Below, in pieces: positions 1 to 16,952 of a stretch of 64,000 bases of DNA. Where the stretch lies: the NCBI GenBank assembly GCA_048013815.1, contig CM106585.1, forward strand, positions 1,612,001 to 1,676,000, in the 5' to 3' direction. Position 1 is the first letter of the stretch, and each line of letters begins with the position of its first letter. This DNA comes from Setoptus koraiensis. Lineage: Eukaryota; Animalia; Arthropoda. The position numbers were made by a program, and so were the translations under genes. Under the pieces are notes generated by a model that was not told the origin of the DNA, searched no databases, and saw nothing but the letters and a program-made list of their open reading frames with translations.

Positions 1-4892
<4,892 letters not shown>

Positions 4893-7720
4893 TCATTATA
4901 TACATTTGTTATATATTTGTTATATAATTGTTGTTCCAACCATCGGCGTGTCGCACCAATTTAATTAGTGTCAATCCAATTATGAGATGCGATATTGACA
5001 GCAGTTTCAGTTTGATTGACAGTTGCAAGTAGGGCAACGTATGTCGAGCAGCGTGTGTGTGTGTGTGTAAGTGTGAGTGAAGAAAAGAATAACAGATAGA
5101 AAATGTTAGTTGACTGTTGAAAATGTCGTCGCCAGATTGACATCAGTTATATCGGTATAATATACAGTTAGACGGTTATATAATAACGATAATGGCACTA
5201 CAATAACTACGTAGCGAGCTCACACAAGACAACTAAAACTAGTTTATCTACTTAAACTTCATTTGGAGAAGCAACAAAGAAATCTTCGCCGTTATAACAG
5301 TTATAATAGTGTTATCCGTTTATTACATAACATGTATATCGACGAGCTATCTTAAGAATGGCTAGGCAAACACGAATGCAGGTGCCCCAGTCTATTCGCT
5401 ACTACTCGCTAATAATAGTCATTTGCTTTGAATTTGTTCCAGAAATACACGCTGTGACATCATCACATAACCTATGCACTCATTTTCTGGCACAACGTAA
5501 TTAGGGCTGAGTTCACGCTGCAACTCATGCAACCATCCATCGACGAGCAAAGTCATTGGACTTATTAATGAGATAATTATAATTATCTTTTGTGTGTGTC
5601 CCAGTAACCTAATGACCGAAACTGGCAACTGGCTGTCGGCAAATACCCTTCACTAATCACAACTAGACGCGAAATGAGAAATATAAATACAATGTATAAT
5701 AGAGTGCGCTAATGTCGCTATATTCGCCACTGGCGAGTCGCACAGCTTGTTACGTTATTCTTACATTATTCAGTCTCATCATGAGACTCTCATGTTATCA
5801 TTATCTGGGCCCCATTAATGTCAATGATCTCTGATACGCATGTGATAGAGATAGCATTAGATAGAGCCAGTCGTCAGTTCAAGCGACAATAGCTATTATC
5901 TGGCTGCAAATGTTGGCCCGGCGCAATATTTCTGTGGAGCGCGATATGAAGTAATTACTAGCATTTCATATTCATATTTATTTACAGTTGCACGAATAAC
6001 AACGGCATGCAATGGCTGCTCGCTTGAGGAATGGTCGGCAAGGTCACTAATTAGCATCACTAATTATGACCGAATGCAAAAATAAATCAGAGCAGTTCAA
6101 TATTGTTCTCAAGGTGTGGCGGCTGGTTGTGTAGGCCAAAATCGATTTATTGTATCGATTTTGGCGAGAAATGAGTGTGCCCAATTATAAATGAGACAGA
6201 CATTGTGATTCTTTTCTTCCCGTAGTGTATATTGGTTAGCGTTAACCTATTAGGTCAGACCTAACGCGTCGGACGACGAAGCAATGAAACAAGACAGACA
6301 CAATGACAGCGCTGACAGTTGATTGGCACCCTGAAAACAGTAACAGTTAATTACAGATAATTGCAATGTTATTTCCGGTTGCACAAACTTTGCGGCCTGG
6401 ATAAGAGTGGCTCCCGAAACGAATGCAGTAAGTGCGACCTAACAACTTGTTAGAGGTGCCAGAAATGGCGCCCATTCGACAGATCGATCTGATGATAATT
6501 GATAATTTATAAATTATAATAAATGATGTAATCGCGCACGCGCACACGCACACACACACGGTATCGGTAATTATGGTGGGTATTATTGAGCTGATTAGTT
6601 GGGTATTAAATAATGTATGATTGTAGGACAAACAAACATTGCAACAAGTTTATGTGGGCATATGGCCGGCCAATCATTGTTGGTCACATGATGGCTGACA
6701 TATTGTTGACAATGTGAATATGTGAATAGTGACACGACATGTTTTGTTGTTGCGTAACTGGCTTGTTGTCACTTATGACAAGCCAGTTGTGCCGTGATTT
6801 GTTGTCGTGTTGCGCTATGTTGTGCGTTTACATTTTACGTGTGGAAATGGAAGCCCTGCGACAATGACAGTGTGCGTATCACGTTGCGAGTATCACATTG
6901 TGGCTATAACATGGTTGGTATAATGCTTTGAGTGTAATATGTCACTTGTTTGGTTGTGCAACACAGTTGCAAAGCCATACAGTTGAGTAGTTACACAGGT
7001 ATGGCAAACGTAATTCAATACTCGTGATGCAACTTCAAGTGCAAGCGTACTCGCGCGCGTACGACACAAACGGCACACATATTGCGCCACACATCAATAG
7101 TGTATGCAAATATTTTGTTGCGCAACAAAATTACATTGCATAACAGTGGCAGCATCTAATCTAATTCTATTTCCCTGTTTTGCTGTTTGCTGTAGCCACG
7201 TTGCACTGTCAACTGTGTTTGTCTGCGCGTAACTGTTGGCATCGTCTATTTTCGGCCCGCCGGCCAACAACCCCCAACAGCAACCTCCAACAACAACCTG
7301 CAACAACAATCTCCAACAACAACCACCAACAACAACCTCCAACCGGCTAACAACGGCCTGCCCAAACCGTTACTCTCGTCAGTCACATCAAGGCTGGCGA
7401 GCTTAATGTCCCAACAGCAGCAAACTGGCAACTGGCAACTGCCAACAGTGCCTTAGTACGTGTTGTAACGCGTACAGGTAACACAGGTGAGCTGGCACAA
7501 TGCTGGCTCTTATCTCTGTTGACGCAAGCGATGCAAGCCACTTATCTCTCATTGTTGCTAGTTGCTGTCTGCCTCCCACGTCGGCCCTTATTTATTGCTG
7601 CCATTCACAAAAATAGCGCCCCCTGCCGCCTCGTTTGGCTCGCTTGTTGTTTGCGTAGTTGTTTGCATGCTGTTGCTTGCATGATGCAAGATAATGAATC
7701 GATTTGATTCGCTCCAATCA

Positions 7721-7751
7721 ACTCACCTGAAACTCGCCTAACACTGTTAGC
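7721..7751 (-). promoter_or_regulatory. Candidate recursive splice point (branch point + TTTCAG|GTGAGT)
   Basis: The sense strand reads GCTAAC-AGTGTTAGGCGAG-TTTCAG|GTGAGT; the branch A (7747) is 20 nt from the AG. Motif evidence only. Confidence 0.3.
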
Positions 7752-7813
7752 CTAACTGTTGGGCCCTAACAGTGTTAGGCCCTAACAGTGTTAGGCCCTA
7801 ACAGTGTTAGGCC
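7737..7813. repeat. 16-bp tandem array GGCCCTAACAGTGTTA x3 plus an inverted degenerate copy
   Basis: Read directly; each unit contains the palindrome CCTAACA-G-TGTTAGG. Confidence 0.9.
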
Positions 7814-8707
7814 AAACAACAACAGTCACACTGACAATTCGAGAGTGTAAGCGACAACGCCACCTATCTTCCGCATTGCTTTCACTTGCATTATGCGAGT
7901 TGCTGTCCATGACAGCAAACAATGGATATTATCGCGTTTCGCATGATTTTTTGTTTCATTCATAACTCGCAGCATTCTGTGAGTTATGAATCGCGCTGTG
8001 AGGCCAGCGAGTAGGCGCAGCGCAGATACCCAAAAAGAGGAAATATTCGAAAAGAGGAAATATCCGAAAAGAGGAAATATCCATACGAAATCTAACCGGA
8101 CATAGCAAGGGTTAGGCCGGGTCGAGTCGAGTGTTGGCGCGCCGTGATGCACTGGGTTTGACTTGAATGGCGTCGACTTGGCAACAACTAACAGATGCCC
8201 TTGTTGTGGTCACTGTCACTGTGCGCCAACTCACTGGCGCCCAACTGAGGCCCACCGAGCCCCACCGAGCCAAACGGAACGGAACCAGAACAGAGGGTAA
8301 AATGATCAAGCTGCCTTTTCGGTTTTGCCTCCGGTTTCGTCTCGCTTGGCTTGCATTTTCGCGGCACTTGCCGCAAGTTGCAGCTTTGGCCAGAGGGCGA
8401 CACTCGACTGCCTAGTCGAGCCCATTCCAATATGCCGATAGGATTGATTTTCATGAACGCACACGCACAGTTCACATTTGGGTTCATTCAGCGCACCATC
8501 AGCGCCACCCATAAATGGCAAGTGAACCCAAACGTACACCTGATCTGATCTGATCTGTTTAGTCTCGGAAATCGCGGCTAACAAAGCACAGGTGAGCAAT
8601 GGGTGCTCGTGCTCTTGAATGGCCGCTGCACTGACACTCGTGAGGGTCAACTAACTCGAGTTGAGTCTTCAGTCCCGAGTCCCGAGCCTCGGGATGATAA
8701 TATCCCT

Positions 8708-8762
8708 CGCTCACTTGGCGCTCACTTGGCGCTCACTTGGCGCTCACTTGGCGCTCACTTGC
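8708..8762. repeat. 11-bp tandem array CGCTCACTTGG x5
   Basis: Read directly. Confidence 0.9.
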
Positions 8763-9476
8763 AGCCGAAGTCGGTGCCCGAAGTTGCCGCTCGAGCTCGT
8801 TGCCCGAACTCGTTGCTGCAAGTAGACACAAACGATGCCCACTTCCTGCTTATGATGGTCCAATGGGCGCATTAATCAAGCAGTCGGATCAATATCCGAT
8901 CCAGCATGTGACACTGCAATAATAATGATAATAATGAGAAGAGGCTCGCAGCCAGATAATTGCGCAACACTGCACCCTCGCCAAACAAGTCACTCTGGCG
9001 AGGCGCCTCTAATTGTCCGCTACATAAAGTAGCCGCTATTTATAAATACACTCAAATATATTTATTTATTATCATGGTCACTTAGTGCGTAGTTTATGGA
9101 TGGACAATTAGCATTTATATATATAAATAATTCATACGCTTGTCATAACTAATTGGCTTACTTGTCAATCTCAATCAAGAGGCAACATTTACAGCAACCG
9201 GCCACCGGCCGTCACTGTAGCCACTGTAACGAGCGGCACCGTTAACACAATTGACTTGAATAAGCCAGTGATTTGTTGTTTGTTTCTTTCTGGCAATGGC
9301 CACTATGGCCACTATGGTCACTGTGCCCACCATGCCCCGGATGCCCGCTGTGCCCACTATCCGCCGCTATGACTGTGAGAGCACCCATGTCGCCCCTTCA
9401 TTCATTCATTTATTTATGTTATGCCAGCTCTGAGCGCACCAATTGGCCGTCTCTTGTGACTTAACTTCACCGGCTT

Positions 9477-9528
9477 ATTTGTATGTGTGATTTGTATGTG
9501 TGATTTGTATGTGTGATTTGTATGTGTG
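9477..9528. repeat. 13-bp tandem array ATTTGTATGTGTG x4
   Basis: Read directly. Confidence 0.9.
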
Positions 9529-12500
9529 GGCGAACGAGGGGCAGAGGGCGCCAGAGTGCCAGCGGCCAGGAAGAGGATCAATCGGACAAGCAATAGAGCG
9601 TAACATTGTCAGCCAACTACGGCCAACTGTGGCAAGACACTGGGCGCCACTCGATGGCGCAGTGTCTTGCGGGCCCCATGTGTTCCTATGGCACAGCACA
9701 TGGCGGAATATGTCATAGATGGCACAGAGATGCGTGGGGCCAACGAGAGAAAGAACAGCCAGCCAGTGTGCAGTGGCTACAGTGAGACAGTGAGACAGTG
9801 AGCAAGAGATGAAATGGAAGCGGACATTGAGACAGTTAAATGAGCTATCAGCGTTTATAGGCCCATTGTTGTTGCGGACGGGCCCGCTCTAGTTCATGCT
9901 CTACTTGTACCAGTGACAGCAACAGCAACAGCGACAACAGCGACAACAGCGCCCCAAAGAAATTCTCGTATATCCGGCTTAGCGACAATTTTAGATCGAG
10001 TCGAGTCAGATGAAAGCAGATGAAAGAGACAAGGCATAAACTGGCAGCTGAAGAATGATAAAATGATGCCAGCAACTATCATGTGACAGCTTGCCTAGTG
10101 AATGCTGGTCGAATTTGCTTTTATCAGATTGTCAGATTGGCTAACAAGAAGCGTCGTCGCCAAGAGGCAACCACGCCGGCTTTGCATGAAACACTGGCGC
10201 AGATAATATATATAATCACATAATATATATATATATATCTGCTGATAAATATATGTGTATATAAACATGTCCATGTATTATATCATATAAACATTAAAGT
10301 GTTATGTGCTATAATGGGCCATTTTCATATCGATCGCTTGTTGTGTGTCAGCTGGTTCATTAAATCATTGTTTACGCATCACATATATATATATGGATAT
10401 ATGGTAACAATGATGCGTATATGTTATTGCCGGACAACCACGCCAACAATATCCGTCCTCATACCTCAGGCGACTGGCTGCCGGCAGCCCGACGTCGCCG
10501 GCAGCCCGACGTCGCCGCGGCCCGACGTTGAGCGAGCTCGTGTATTAGCTCAAATGTTATATAGATTATTGTGTATATAGAGCAAGGTGAGCTCTCTTTT
10601 TGCAACCGGGCAACTGTCTGACCAACACAACAGCGGCCAGCCCTAACTGCCAGAAGCTGCTAAATTGCGAGCTGCCCAAAGGCTAAAGTTTAGCGGCTTG
10701 CGAAGGAGGTGAGCAGATGAGATGCAAACAAAATAAATCTCAAAGATGCTGTCTGAGATTTATCCTGAGCCATTGATCGTATGCTCATTCATTAGATTGA
10801 AGCGGCATAAATGGTGTACGTGCTGAAAACGTGCACCCTCCAAATCCGTATCGAGACGCACGGCGAGCCGAGCCGAGCCGAGCGTTTATGATATATCCAG
10901 TTGCAATGGGGCCCGCATGAGGCACGCAATAGCCACGCACAATAGACGAGAGAAGATTTATATCCCTCTTTGGCTTATGTTGTGCAATATTATGTGTTGT
11001 TGTTGTTGCTGCTGCTGTTGTTGTTGTTGTAACTGTTTCTGTTATTTCAGGAAGCTGGCGCTCAATGGAAGAAAAGCGAGCGACCAGAAAAATAAACCAA
11101 CAAACAAATCTCTCTCTTTCGGCTACCATTAACCCACTTTACATATATTCTGTATAAATATATATATGCGCATTTTTCTCTTTTTCACCTGCTACTCGCC
11201 AGGCCTGATATTTATGTCTATCATGTATGTGTGTTTACACATCTTGTTGTATTATCACGTAATAATATTTTAGTATGTATGTGTTGTGAGTGTCGAGCAA
11301 GCGCATCGGCCAGCAATATCAACCGGTCAACGCGCCAACAACCAAGCCCACTGTCATGATGTAATGCCAGTTGCTGCTGTTGTTGTTGTTGTTGTCGCGC
11401 CAATGGTTGACTTGTCCAGAATGTACATGCAATATAATGTAATTTCCCGCACACTAGATTAACAACAACAACAAACAAATTGATTCATGGCGGAAATGAT
11501 GCAATGACCATGCTACCACCACACCGTACAGCCAGTATACATACCAGGTATGTACAGGTCATGCCATTATCGCCACCTAGCGACCTCATACATCTGACAC
11601 ACATTGCGTGCTGCGCTACAAGCCTCGTGCCTCATTCCTTCTTAGTCAGAATTATGCAATATAAGGTAGTATGAGCTAGTCGCTAGTATTATGAGGTGGA
11701 GCGAAATCTCAGAGTGCCCTCTATCGACAACAACAATGCGAGCCCCTTTTTGCCGACCTGCTCTCACATTATTTACCTTGAATTACTTGATCGTTCATAA
11801 CTTGTCAGTCGGTTGCGCCATAAGCGTAAGTGGTGAAATGGTAGCTGCAATGGCTGCAATGGCTCATCTCATTATGTAACACTCGACGCAAAACACTCGA
11901 GAGTCAACCATGGCAATAATAACAACAGCAACAACAATAATATTATCGTCTTTTAGTTTGATTACTTACGCAATGACTCGGTCATTACTCAATGAGCACA
12001 ATGGACACAACCAACACGACACACTTGACCGCGTGTTTCGAGCAACAATATCCCCCTACTGGCCGACCACTACAACCAATTATGATGAGCCGGCACGCTA
12101 TTAAGATACTTGACAAAAGCGTCACTTACAACTGCAGTCTGCAAATGTAGTCTGCAATTATAGACTGCAGTTACAGGGTAGAGGTAGAAATGATTGAACA
12201 AGTTTTGTTGAGTTTTTCAACGTTTTTTTTTTGCCATCATCACAAGACCGGTTAAGTTAACGGTATAACACGGTAAATAGCAACATGCTGTTGTCGACCT
12301 ATGTGGCCTGTCAGCACGTCTGACGGGTCATTTTGATATATCGAGTTAGCGATGGCAATGAAAATGCGTTTGATTGATTGCGTCGATAATGACTGACTGG
12401 CCGAGAAGGGGGCGCTTCCGTTTTGCAGACAGCGCTTTACGTTTATGGACGCTTGTCGACGACAAACCAGTGGCCGCCAGTGGCTCAAGTGCTCGCAACG

Positions 12501-13594
12501 ACAATTACCATTGATTTCGACTCTCTAGTTCTCCAGTCATCGTAATGATCGTCGCTGAAACGTTTGGAAAAATATTTTTTCGCTTGTCATAATAGCGACA
12601 ATTGAGTGAATTGGATTCGTCGTGAGAGACGTCGGAATTATAGAGACACAACGGCGCCAATAATGGGGGAATTGCAGCGGAGGGGCGAACAGAAATTAAA
12701 GAAAAAAAAATATCCTTTCGAGAGTCGACTGCCTCAGTACTGTGATTCAGTAAAAAATTGCCCTCTTTCCATTGATTGATGATAAATCTCGTGCTAGCAA
12801 CCAAGTGAACGCTTCAACATGAAACAAACAAACAACAACAACAAAAACAAAACAAAACAAAAAAAAACAAAAAATTATAAGCTTTCAAGCGCAGTGTGAT
12901 TTTCTAGCGCGCGCGCCCCCGTTAGATAACATATTACGTAATACGCACATATACCGCACGAGCGCTAAGCATTAGATAACGGCGGCAAGCGCTGCGACCG
13001 AAATGGCCTCGATTTGGATTTAGAGAAAATTTTGAACTGATGCACCCAATCCATCAGTTGGCAGCAGATATAGGCCGCCGTTGAAATGGCGGCCGTTGTT
13101 GTTGTCGTTGTTTCTTCGGGGGCCAATTGATGGCCGAATAATAAATAACGGATAACAAATAATAAACAATAAACGATCAAAAAATAAAAAGTGTTAGACA
13201 CGCACAAAAGGGATAATATCACCAAGACACAGATATTTGATATTGGTGTGTGCACTGGTGGACGGTGGCGCCAATGAAGCGGCTGCCACAAATAATCTGT
13301 TTTTATCATTTCTCATCAAGGAAAGAATCGCTTTTGTTTCGCCAACGTGTGCTTGCAACATTAACAAATGAATTATCTCCATCTGCGGCCTGCAGCCGGC
13401 AGCGAGTTGAATTGAGTCAGCGTGGTCGACTGGCGCCAAGTGGGGCCATTTTTCATTCAAATTTTATAAGTGGCACCTAATTAGTGAGATGATGTATTGA
13501 GCCGACTCTGGCATACAGACTGTGTGTCGCCCATTCAATCATGCGCTCACGGCTGGCTTGTTGCACGAGCCACACAATGCAAATTTGCAAGCTT

Positions 13595-13682
13595 GAATAT
13601 GCGAATATGCGACTATGCGAATATGCGAATATGCGAATATGCGAATATGCGAATATTTGAATATCTGAATAGTTGAATATTT
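13595..13682. repeat. 8-bp tandem array GAATATGC drifting to GAATATTT, x11
   Basis: Read directly. Confidence 0.9.
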
Positions 13683-16600
13683 GAATGGGCGATATTTGTA
13701 TTGAAAAGAGTGCAAAATGACAAAAAGAAGCTGCTCGAGTGTGGCAAAATCAAGTGCCATTCGCGTGATTGATGGCAGCGGCAGCGGCAGCAGCATCGGC
13801 TCTGGCACTCGTCATGATGATACGACGCGCTATGGACAATGTTCAACGAACGTTGTTGACGTTTTGCGCTTATCCGGATAAAACGGGCTGGATAAAACTG
13901 TTGTGCACAGTTATATCCAGATAGCTGCACAGCAGCTAGTTGTGCAGCGCCCGGCGAAACAATGCAAACAGAGCGCGGCATCGCAAGCGCGATTTTGCCG
14001 CGCATTTGGGGCGATCTTGCGATTTTTTGCACAGTCGCCCAGTGGCGCCGACTAACTAACCGACCGAGTTGTTGTGAGCGAGCCCAGCTGACATGTGCGC
14101 ACTAACAAGTGACGTCCCGATGATATTATGCAACCAGAATTGACTGTGAGTGGCTCTTATCTATTTGCTGCCAGCTTTGACATGCCAGCTTGGACACAGA
14201 AATAAACTTATTTCTGTGCTGTGATTTTTATTTTGCTGCTTTTATCCGCTTGTTTGTTCCGATGTCTGATGTGTTTGATTTGGCTCACAGCTCGCCCTGG
14301 GCAACTAACCACTATCGCTGGTACGGCACCCATTGCCACTAGCGCCGGCTTTGGGCTACAGTGACACTGCCGGCGACTCGATGGCTCAAAGGCTTCTCGC
14401 TGGCTGGCGTCACTCACTCATCCGATTGGCTGCTCGAGCCTCGACAATAAAAGTGTCCGGCCTCACCTCGTCGTGCGCTGTTGAGTTGTGGCTCCATTTA
14501 GTTGCCTGCGCGCGCTACAAAGGCTGCACGAGCAGGCCCCCGAAAAGATTATTAGGCAAATAAGAGGGCCCCAAACGAAGCGACGCCAAGTGCTTCTGGG
14601 AATGCATCAATATTTGATTAGTCGTCGTTGGCGTCGTCGCCGCTGCACAGCGTCATGTGTATCGTCAGCGTATCCTCACAAGTCGGTATCGTTGCGGCGC
14701 GTACCGTTGCGGCGCATATCGGGTCGTATAGCGACATGGGTATATGTCGCTATACGAGGCACGACATACGTTACGCGAAAGATATATATGTATTCCAGCA
14801 CATATATAGCGTATATATGACGAGTATATGGCGCGTATATGGCGCATATATGTGGCGTACTTGATGTGACGTATATGTGGCGTATATGAGGCGTATATAC
14901 GGCGCGTATTGGCGTATATGTGATGGATATCGGCACACAGCGAGCACGTTCCGTCGCAAAGGTTAGGTATAAAAATAAATAATAATAATAGATGATAATA
15001 TATATGTGTGCGATATTGGGCGCACTCTTACTTATGTGGGCTCTGTTTAACTGACACACACATTACAAGGGCCCCATCACTTGTCTCCACTCGCTGCCGC
15101 CGACAGGTGTACAGGTGAATGTGCCTAGGCGGCCTAGTGACGACAAGTTGTGCCAGTGCCGGCGCGATGCTAATATATGCCGCTATACGACACTGCACTG
15201 TATAGACGGCCTAACAGAGTGGTAAGTTATACATGTATGAGCCACAATCGTATTAACTCTTCGCCGCGCATTGTTGTCGATATTCCAACGGTCCAACATT
15301 CGAACAGTCGAGCATTCGAACGGTCGAACGGTCGAACACTATTACATAATAATCCCATTTGAATAGAATCAACAATTCACAATATGATATGATGTGATTG
15401 TCATCGTTTAGCTATCTGTTGTGCGCGTCTTATCTATTAGCCGGCAACAATCACGACGCACAAATCCGTCGCTCTGTCTCCTTTTGCTGCGGGCCTCGCG
15501 CGCTAATGTTATGTGATCACTATTAAACTGTTCGCGTATTAACTAACACTGTTCACCTGTTTACAAGCGCGAGCTTTCTCACATTATCACATTATCGTTG
15601 ATTAAACACAACGCTATTTATCACCGCCTGACCACTATGCGCCGCTGTCATAAATGCTGCACATTGTTGCCTGCATATACCTGGCATATATCAAGCCATA
15701 TATTGGCACATATCAAGCTATGTGTGTTGCCGCATGTGTGATGCGGCAAGCGAACGAGCTTGCGCCGTTGTCCACTTTGCGGCGCCCCGATCACATTTCG
15801 CCAGGCCCCATCAGCACATTATCGTGTGACATTTGTGTGATTTTGTGCGCTGCGCAAGGCCAACTTAGACTAGATCGATTGATCGCCGCTAGAGGCCCGC
15901 CAATATGTGCACTGGCACACACTGTCACTTACCTATGGCGCCAGCAGTGGCGCCAAGGGCCCAAAAGAATTTTTTCATTTATGAATCCATAAATTATGAC
16001 GCGCCAATATCAATTTAAATGATAATGTTAACCGCTTGCACTTGTCGCGGCCACTGTTTTACACCAACCGTGTGGCGCAGTCAGTTGTCAAGTTGAGCTG
16101 GTTGAGTTGGCCGCAACGACAGTTGTCGCAACAATTTCTCACCCAACGACCCACCGACCCACCGACCGAGTAATCCGACAGGTTCTCTATGGGCCCCACA
16201 ATTGTTATTTTTGCCTCTTGGCATGGCCTGGTTTTATGCAGTTGTCGTGCGCAGTTTTATCTGTGCATTACATCAGCGCTTACATTCTTTTTTCAGCGCT
16301 TTTTCAGCAAGCAGTTGGCCCACTTTATGAGTTGATCCTCTTAACAATATCATCATCATCTTATGCTGGCTGTACACGCCACAATACGCCACAATATACC
16401 GTAATATGCCGCAATATACCGTTGTAATGTTGTAGTATGCTGTAATATGGTTATTGCAAGTAACAACGGAATTCAATGAAGCAATACTCTTGTAATAAGA
16501 CCACCACAACAGACTATAGAAGACTTTTTCACGCCGTTTGGGGCATCCTCTTTTGGGGGGACCCTCTTTGGGGATCCTGGTCGGGGATGCTCGTCGGGGG

Positions 16601-16840
16601 AGGGAAACCGAAACACACGCACACCCAAAAAGAGGCTCCTTTTATTTATTATTTCTCGTGCCCATTCTTTCGCTCTCTCTTCTTTGTGGCGCTGCTGGCC
16701 AGGCCCAGCCGGCTGGCCCCCACACAAGCTAGGTAGACGAGGCTGGTGTTTGTGCATAAATAATCTCAGTTTGCCAATTGCGTCAGCAAGCGCCACACAC
16801 CGCGCAAGCCGCGCAACAATGGCTGCCAGCCACTCGATGG

Positions 16841-16952
16841 ACACTGCAATCTGGACACTGCAATCTGGACACTACAATCCAGTAACTACAATCCGCTGAC
16901 TACAATCCGCTGACTACAATCCGCTGACTACAATCCAGTGACCACAATCCAG
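16841..16952. repeat. 14-bp tandem array (CACTGCAATCTGGA / GACTACAATCCGCT variants) x8
   Basis: Read directly. Confidence 0.88.

Noticed and set aside
7737-7813. CCTAA/TTAGG words as interstitial telomeric repeat
   Set aside because: Single pentamers inside a 16-bp palindromic unit, not (TTAGG)n runs; likewise at 40606-40720.
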